From Candidatus Nanopusillus sp. (GTDB lineage: Archaea > Nanobdellota > Nanobdellia > Nanobdellales > Nanobdellaceae), in contig JAPWTZ010000015.1 of the NCBI GenBank assembly GCA_028275775.1, forward strand, positions 1-9,660: a stretch of DNA of 9,660 nucleotides, read 5' to 3'. This document shows, piece by piece, positions 5,498 to 9,660 of the stretch (its first letter is position 1; each line of letters starts with the position of its first letter). The position numbers were made by a program, and so were the translations under genes. A model generated the notes under the pieces. The model did not search any database and was not told the DNA's origin. It was given only the letters and a program-made list of their open reading frames with translations.

Positions 5498-6417
5498 TCC
5501 TCAGCGCTATTCATTTTTGCTTCAATATCTTTAAGATTTAATTTTTCTAACATTTCTTTATATCTATTTCTTATTGTAACTTCTGTTATTCCAGCAACTT
5601 CTGCTATATCTTTTTGCGTCTTTTGTATACCATGTTTTACACATGCTAAATATATTGCAGCTGCTGCAACTCCTGCAGGACCTCTACCTGCAGTTATATC
5701 AGATTCCTTTGCTTTATTAACAATCTCTATTGCAGTAGATACTACTTCTGGTGGTAGGTTTAATAATGATGAGAATCTATGTACATATTCTGTAACATCT
5801 ATTGGTTGTATTTTTATCTTTAATGCTTGTAATAAATGTTTATATGTTCTTCCCAATTCTTTTTTATGTATATTTGATGCTTTAACTATTTCATCTATTG
5901 TTCTTGCAACATCATGTATTCTACATGCTATATATGTGCATGCAGCAATAACTGTTTCTACAGATCTTCCTCTAATTAATCCCTTTTCAACTGCATCTAA
6001 ATATAATTTTAATGCTGTTTCTTCTACTTGTTTTGGTAATTGTAAGAATGAAGAAATCCTTTTTAACTCTTGTTGTGCTAATTTTAGGTTCCTTTCATAA
6101 GAACTTGTAGATCTTTGTTGCCATTTCTTTAATTTTCTAGATAATGCAATATCTTCATCCTTTGATTCTGCCTTTCCAATTTCTGTTGATATCATACTTG
6201 GTATATTTGTATATCTCATTGCGCTACCAGTTCTTGATAGTTTTTCTGTATCTTCTGAATTTATTGTTCTATATTCTCTTCCTAAATATTGAACTTCTTC
6301 AATTACATATCCACATTTTGCACATACTAATTCTGCTGTCTTCTCATTGTATATAAATTCTGTACTTCCACATATTGGACATTTTAATTCAGGATTTTTT
6401 ATAAGCTTTTGGACCAT
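5491..6417 (-). CDS. tfb: Transcription initiation factor IIB (TFB)
   Basis: N-terminal zinc ribbon CPICGSTEFIYNEKTAELVCAKCGYVIEE. Two cyclin-fold repeats follow (GRSVETVIAACTYIACR... and GRGPAGVAAAAIYLAC...), and the C-terminal helix-turn-helix is TQKDIAEVAGITEVTIRNRYKEM. 308 aa. Confidence 0.95.
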   Translation of the reverse strand: MVQKLIKNPELKCPICGSTEFIYNEKTAELVCAKCGYVIEEVQYLGREYRTINSEDTEKLSRTGSAMRYTNIPSMISTEIGKAESKDEDIALSRKLKKWQQRSTSSYERNLKLAQQELKRISSFLQLPKQVEETALKLYLDAVEKGLIRGRSVETVIAACTYIACRIHDVARTIDEIVKASNIHKKELGRTYKHLLQALKIKIQPIDVTEYVHRFSSLLNLPPEVVSTAIEIVNKAKESDITAGRGPAGVAAAAIYLACVKHGIQKTQKDIAEVAGITEVTIRNRYKEMLEKLNLKDIEAKMNSAEEW

Positions 6418-6438
6418 AATAAATTTTTAAATATTATG

Positions 6439-6446
6439 TTTATAAA
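6439..6446 (-). promoter_or_regulatory. TATA box of the tfb operon (palindromic TTTATAAA)
   Basis: The minus strand reads GGTTAAC-TTTATAAA-(21 nt)-ATG. The TATA core starts 29 nt before the A of ATG-6417, consistent with a leaderless tfb mRNA. Confidence 0.45.
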
Positions 6447-6515
6447 GTTAACCTTTTAAGCATTATCAATTTTTTACTATTAATTAATGGATATAGTCCT
6501 TAAATAATTTTTATA

Positions 6516-7481
6516 TCATTTTGTTAGAACATCAAATTGCTTTCTTATCCATATTACAGAAAATACTGCTAAAGAAAATATTATTACTTCTATTGGATTA
6601 AATATTATTGAAAATATTGGTAATAGAGCAACAGTTACAACAGATGCAATATAAAATGGTGTACTTGATAATATTAATATATCTCCAATAAATTTATTTG
6701 AATATGTATATCCTTTTCTAATTGATAAATATGGAGATAATAATATTCCTATTGGTATTATTGATGAATATGTAAAGAAAAATAAGAAATTAAAGAAATA
6801 ATAAATAAAACCATATAATAATGGTGAATAATATGATATATATTTTATTGATGAATATATTATCCATAATATTATTGTAGAAATTAAAAATATCCTTAAT
6901 AATTCATCATTTCTTACTTCTATATTTTTACTTCTTCCAATTCTTTTATATTCTATTACTATTGGTTTCATTGAAAATATTATTGGAACAAACAATCCAA
7001 GAGTAATTATTGATATTATAATTGTAATTATATAACTTAGATTATGTCTCTTTATATATGTAAAATTTAATTGTTCTTTCTTTGAGCTCTTTATTTTTAG
7101 TTGTTTTATATAATTATAAAAGAATAATATTACAAAGAAGGATATCATAACATATACAAACAAATTGTGTCTAAATATAAAGAATAATATTACTTCTAAA
7201 ATAATTAATAAATAATAAAAAAATGCATAAGATTCTCTTTTATAAAGTAAAATTTTTAATTCTACAATAACATTATCTAAATAAATATATAAACCATAAA
7301 ATGATGAAACCAAATTAAATATAAATAAAAATATAAAGTATGAAATTATTGTATAAATTATTGAGAAAAATAAATTAGACAATCCAATAAATAAATTATC
7401 CCAATGATTAAAAGATAGAAAAAAGCCTATAATTATTAAATAATATATTATTCTTCTATCTATTTTTATATATTCAAACAT
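6516..7481 (-). CDS. Polytopic integral membrane protein of unknown function (321 aa)
   Basis: ORF track. The protein is almost entirely hydrophobic F/I/L/Y-rich segments separated by short basic loops ([39 protein letters not shown]). A 321-codon stop-free frame at this AT content, plus a TATA core at the expected distance, supports a real gene. I recognise no family. Confidence 0.6.
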   Translation of the reverse strand: MFEYIKIDRRIIYYLIIIGFFLSFNHWDNLFIGLSNLFFSIIYTIISYFIFLFIFNLVSSFYGLYIYLDNVIVELKILLYKRESYAFFYYLLIILEVILFFIFRHNLFVYVMISFFVILFFYNYIKQLKIKSSKKEQLNFTYIKRHNLSYIITIIISIITLGLFVPIIFSMKPIVIEYKRIGRSKNIEVRNDELLRIFLISTIILWIIYSSIKYISYYSPLLYGFIYYFFNFLFFFTYSSIIPIGILLSPYLSIRKGYTYSNKFIGDILILSSTPFYIASVVTVALLPIFSIIFNPIEVIIFSLAVFSVIWIRKQFDVLTK

Positions 7482-7517
7482 TTCATCTTTTTATTTTTTA
7501 ACTTTATAAAATATATT
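7482..7517. promoter_or_regulatory. 36-bp divergent spacer with interdigitated TATA-like cores (membrane ORFan leftward, lonB rightward)
   Basis: Palindromic TTTATAAA at 7503-7510 read on the minus strand starts 29 nt before ATG-7481, with a 21-nt spacer identical in length to the tfb promoter. Plus-strand TTTATTTT at 7490-7497 starts 28 nt before ATG-7518. Confidence 0.35.
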
Positions 7518-9380
7518 ATGTCTGAAAATAATATAATATCAATAAAAGACTTATATAATATATTTAAATTTAAGACTACGGAAGAAATAAATGTACCTGA
7601 AAAGATATCAGAACAAATTATTGGACAGGATAAGGCATTAGATATAATTAAAAAAGCTGCTAAACAGAGGAGGCATGTTTTATTAATAGGGGATCCTGGT
7701 ACTGGTAAATCAATGTTAGCACAAGCATTGGCAGAAATATTATCAGAAGATAAAGAGCAAGTTAAGAATTTAGAAGATATATTAGTATTTCCAAATCCAA
7801 ATGATGAATATCAACCAATAATAAAAACAGTTCCAATGGGAGTTGGTAAAAAAATTGTAGAAGAAATGAGAAAGAAAGTATTGGAACAAACAAAAATATT
7901 TCAATATTTTTATATTCTATTATTATTTATATCTGCATTTACTCCAATGTACTTTTATTATGCAGGAAATTATATAATGGCTGGTGCAACATTTATTGGA
8001 TTTATGATTTTAATGGCAAGTTTATCATTTTCTTTCCAAGTAATGCAAAAACAAATAATGAAAAATATACCAAAATTATTAGTAGATAATTCAAATAGAA
8101 CTTCTGTTCCATTTGTAGATGCTACAGGTGCATTTGAGGGTATGTTATTTGGAGATGTACTACATGATCCATTCCAATCTGGAGGTCTTGAAACTCCACC
8201 TCATCAAAGGGTAATTGCTGGTGCAATACATAAGGCAAATAAGGGTGTATTGTTTATAGATGAAATTGGAACATTAAGACCAGAAGTTCAGATAGAATTA
8301 TTATCTGTTTTACAAGAAAAGAAGTATCCAATTTTTGGAAGATCTGAAAGATCTGCTGGTGCAATGGTAAGAACTACTCCAGCTCCTGCTGATTTTGTAT
8401 TGGTAGCAGCTGGAAATTTAGAAACATTACAAAAATTACATCCAGCATTTAGATCAAGAATAAGGGGATATGGATATGAAGTATTTATGAATTCTGAAAT
8501 ATTATTTACTGAGGAAACTGCAAAAAAATTTGCTCAATTTGTTGCACAAGAAGTTAAAAAGACAGGTAATATACCGCATTTTACAAAAGAGGCTGTAATA
8601 GAAATTATTAGAGAAGCTCAAAGAAGATCTGGAAGAAAAAGTTATTTAACATTAAGATTAAGGGATTTGGGAGGATTGGTAAGATTAGCTGGAGATATTG
8701 CAAAATCAAAAGGAAAAAAATATGTTGAACCTGAAGATGTTATAGAGGCGAAGGAAAAGGCATTAACAATTGAAGAACAATTATCAAAATATTATATTGA
8801 AAGAAGGAAAGAATATCAAATAATAAAAACTGAAGGATATGAAGTTGGAAGGGTAAATGGATTAGCAGTAATTGGATCAAGATTATATTATTCAGGATTA
8901 GTATTACCAGTTGAGGCAGAAGTTGTTCCTGGAAAGGGTAGTAGGGAAATTATTGCTACAGGAAATTTAGGAAAAATTGCAAAAGAAGCAATAGTAAATG
9001 TATCTGCAGTAATAAAAAAGAAATTTGGAGAAGATTTGAAGAAATATAAAGTTCATGTACAATTTTTACAAACATATGAAGGTGTAGAAGGAGATTCAGC
9101 TTCAATAACTGTTGCAACTGCAATAATATCTGCATTAAAGAATTGGCCAGTAAGACAAGATCTAGCAATGACAGGTTCTTTATCAATAAGAGGAGAAGTA
9201 TTACCTGTTGGTGGTATAATAGCAAAAGTAGAAGCTGCAATTGAATCTAAATTAAAAGAAGTTATAGTACCGGAGGGTAATTATAATGATATACCCGAAG
9301 ATTTATTTGATAAGATAAAAATAACACCTGTAAAAACAATAGATGAAGTTATAGATATCGCAATTGGTAAGAAGATTTAA
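7518..9380 (+). CDS. lonB: Archaeal membrane-anchored Lon protease (LonB type)
   Basis: The N-terminus [19 protein letters not shown]...[19 protein letters not shown] carries the Walker A motif. A hydrophobic two-helix insertion lies inside the AAA+ module (aa ~127-173, nt ~7896-8036: [45 protein letters not shown]). Walker B is GVLFIDEIG. The protease domain has a Ser-Lys dyad context: [13 protein letters not shown] (Ser527) and [12 protein letters not shown] (Lys570). Confidence 0.95.
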   Translation: MSENNIISIKDLYNIFKFKTTEEINVPEKISEQIIGQDKALDIIKKAAKQRRHVLLIGDPGTGKSMLAQALAEILSEDKEQVKNLEDILVFPNPNDEYQPIIKTVPMGVGKKIVEEMRKKVLEQTKIFQYFYILLLFISAFTPMYFYYAGNYIMAGATFIGFMILMASLSFSFQVMQKQIMKNIPKLLVDNSNRTSVPFVDATGAFEGMLFGDVLHDPFQSGGLETPPHQRVIAGAIHKANKGVLFIDEIGTLRPEVQIELLSVLQEKKYPIFGRSERSAGAMVRTTPAPADFVLVAAGNLETLQKLHPAFRSRIRGYGYEVFMNSEILFTEETAKKFAQFVAQEVKKTGNIPHFTKEAVIEIIREAQRRSGRKSYLTLRLRDLGGLVRLAGDIAKSKGKKYVEPEDVIEAKEKALTIEEQLSKYYIERRKEYQIIKTEGYEVGRVNGLAVIGSRLYYSGLVLPVEAEVVPGKGSREIIATGNLGKIAKEAIVNVSAVIKKKFGEDLKKYKVHVQFLQTYEGVEGDSASITVATAIISALKNWPVRQDLAMTGSLSIRGEVLPVGGIIAKVEAAIESKLKEVIVPEGNYNDIPEDLFDKIKITPVKTIDEVIDIAIGKKI

Positions 9381-9383
9381 AAG
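9376..9383 (+). promoter_or_regulatory. TATA-like core for the 9405 gene, overlapping the lonB stop codon
   Basis: TTTAAAAG starts 29 nt before the A of ATG-9405. It is the same octamer as at 3113-3120 and includes the lonB TAA (9378-9380). Confidence 0.3.
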
Positions 9384-9390
9384 TTTTTTT
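9384..9390 (+). terminator. Oligo-T (T7) tract 4 nt after the lonB stop
   Basis: Seven consecutive T at 9384-9390, the usual archaeal intrinsic termination signal. Confidence 0.35.
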
Positions 9391-9404
9391 ATGAATGAAT
9401 TTTT

Positions 9405-9660
9405 ATGAAAAAGATATATTTATTGTCATTTATTTTATTTTCTCTATATTCAATTTTTTCTCAAGGGTATAATATATGGCATTCAGAATATTTATATGAA
9501 CCAGTAGCATTTTTAGGTATAAGTTTATCAAATAATAATTTATCTGTAGGTCAAACATTATATTATAATGTTTATATAAATTATAGAGATATTTATTATA
9601 TACCAAATGCATCATTAGTAATACAAATAATACAAAAAAATGATAATAATAATATTTATC
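9405..9660 (+). CDS. Secreted or surface protein with N-terminal signal peptide, first 85 codons; runs off the right edge
   Basis: Not in the ORF track because it is open-ended. My translation from ATG-9405 is stop-free to the window end: MKKIYLLSFILFSLYSIFSQGYNIWHSEYLYEPVAFLGISLSNNNLSVGQTLYYNVYINYRDIYYIPNASLVIQIIQKNDNNNIY. The MKK + hydrophobic core + SQG layout is a classic signal peptide. The two upstream ATGs (9391, 9395) hit stops quickly. The listed antisense ORF 9430-9615 looks spurious. Confidence 0.5.
   Translation, partial: MKKIYLLSFILFSLYSIFSQGYNIWHSEYLYEPVAFLGISLSNNNLSVGQTLYYNVYINYRDIYYIPNASLVIQIIQKNDNNNIY

Noticed and set aside
5498-5502. Shine-Dalgarno-like GAGGA (minus strand) in front of the pop5 ATG
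   Set aside because: It abuts the ATG with no spacer, whereas functional SD spacing is about 5-9 nt. It is simply the codons for the C-terminal ...AEEW of TFB. No other gene in the window has an SD-like element.
6144-6356. 70-aa plus-strand ORF antisense to tfb
   Set aside because: It is a shadow ORF inside a high-confidence TFB gene with a low-complexity L/I/F/Y translation.
7118-7193. A 15-nt exact direct repeat (aaagaataatattac) 60 nt apart inside the 6516-7481 gene
   Set aside because: Both copies encode VILFF in hydrophobic segments of the same protein. By my rough estimate, a match of this length and composition is expected by chance a few times in a window this AT-rich.
7896-8036. 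An insertion interrupting the LonB AAA+ module, considered as a possible intein or mobile insertion
   Set aside because: The insert is about 47 hydrophobic residues forming the two-helix membrane anchor that defines archaeal LonB. It has no intein splice-junction or homing-endonuclease motifs, and the flanking Walker A/B spacing is normal for LonB.
8956-9240. 94-aa minus-strand ORF antisense to the lonB protease domain
   Set aside because: Its translation is almost pure L/Q/I repeats, and it lies opposite the best-conserved part of LonB, including the catalytic Ser and Lys. It is a shadow ORF.
9430-9615. 61-aa minus-strand ORF listed in the track
   Set aside because: The opposite (plus) frame is open from ATG-9405 to the window end and encodes a convincing signal peptide. 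The minus ORF is low-complexity and has no upstream promoter-like core at the usual spacing.
1-9660. tRNA, rRNA, other structured RNA genes, CRISPR arrays or defence islands
   Set aside because: The intergenic space totals about 239 nt, and the longest gap (6418-6515, 98 nt) is plain AT-rich promoter sequence. There are no G+C-rich islands of the kind that mark structured RNAs in AT-rich genomes, no regularly spaced direct repeats, and no nuclease, methylase or toxin-like ORFs.

Overview
This is a very AT-rich (roughly three-quarters A+T by eye) and extremely compact archaeal chromosome segment. Only about 239 of 9660 nt lie outside my CDS calls. The archaeal assignment rests on TFB, proteasome alpha, an SBDS/Sdo1 homologue, a Pop5-like RNase P subunit and a membrane-anchored LonB protease. 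The composition and packing suggest a streamlined genome (DPANN/Nanoarchaeota-like or another AT-rich archaeon), but I cannot resolve taxonomy without a search. The window holds three blocks. (1) A glycogen cluster at the left: a GH57 hydrolase on the minus strand (partial, absent from the ORF track) lies 37 bp from a divergent plus-strand operon. That operon has three ORFs joined by ATGA overlaps: a 104-aa unknown protein, a ParA/MinD-family ATPase and a eukaryote-type (GT3) glycogen synthase. A polytopic membrane ORFan follows. (2) A minus-strand housekeeping operon tfb-pop5-psmA-sdo1, which is the head of the archaeal exosome superoperon without the exosome genes. (3) A polytopic membrane ORFan divergent from lonB, then a partial signal-peptide protein (also absent from the track). 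I saw no RNA genes, CRISPR, transposases or obvious defence genes. The best candidate for something new is the small-protein/ParA-MinD ATPase/glycogen synthase triad. Its layout parallels bcsR-bcsQ-bcsA of bacterial cellulose synthase and may be a positioning or regulatory module for glycogen synthesis. A secondary observation is that every operon-leading ATG has a TTTA-type TATA core 28-30 nt upstream, which implies leaderless mRNAs. Two 36-37 bp divergent spacers therefore contain interdigitated promoters.
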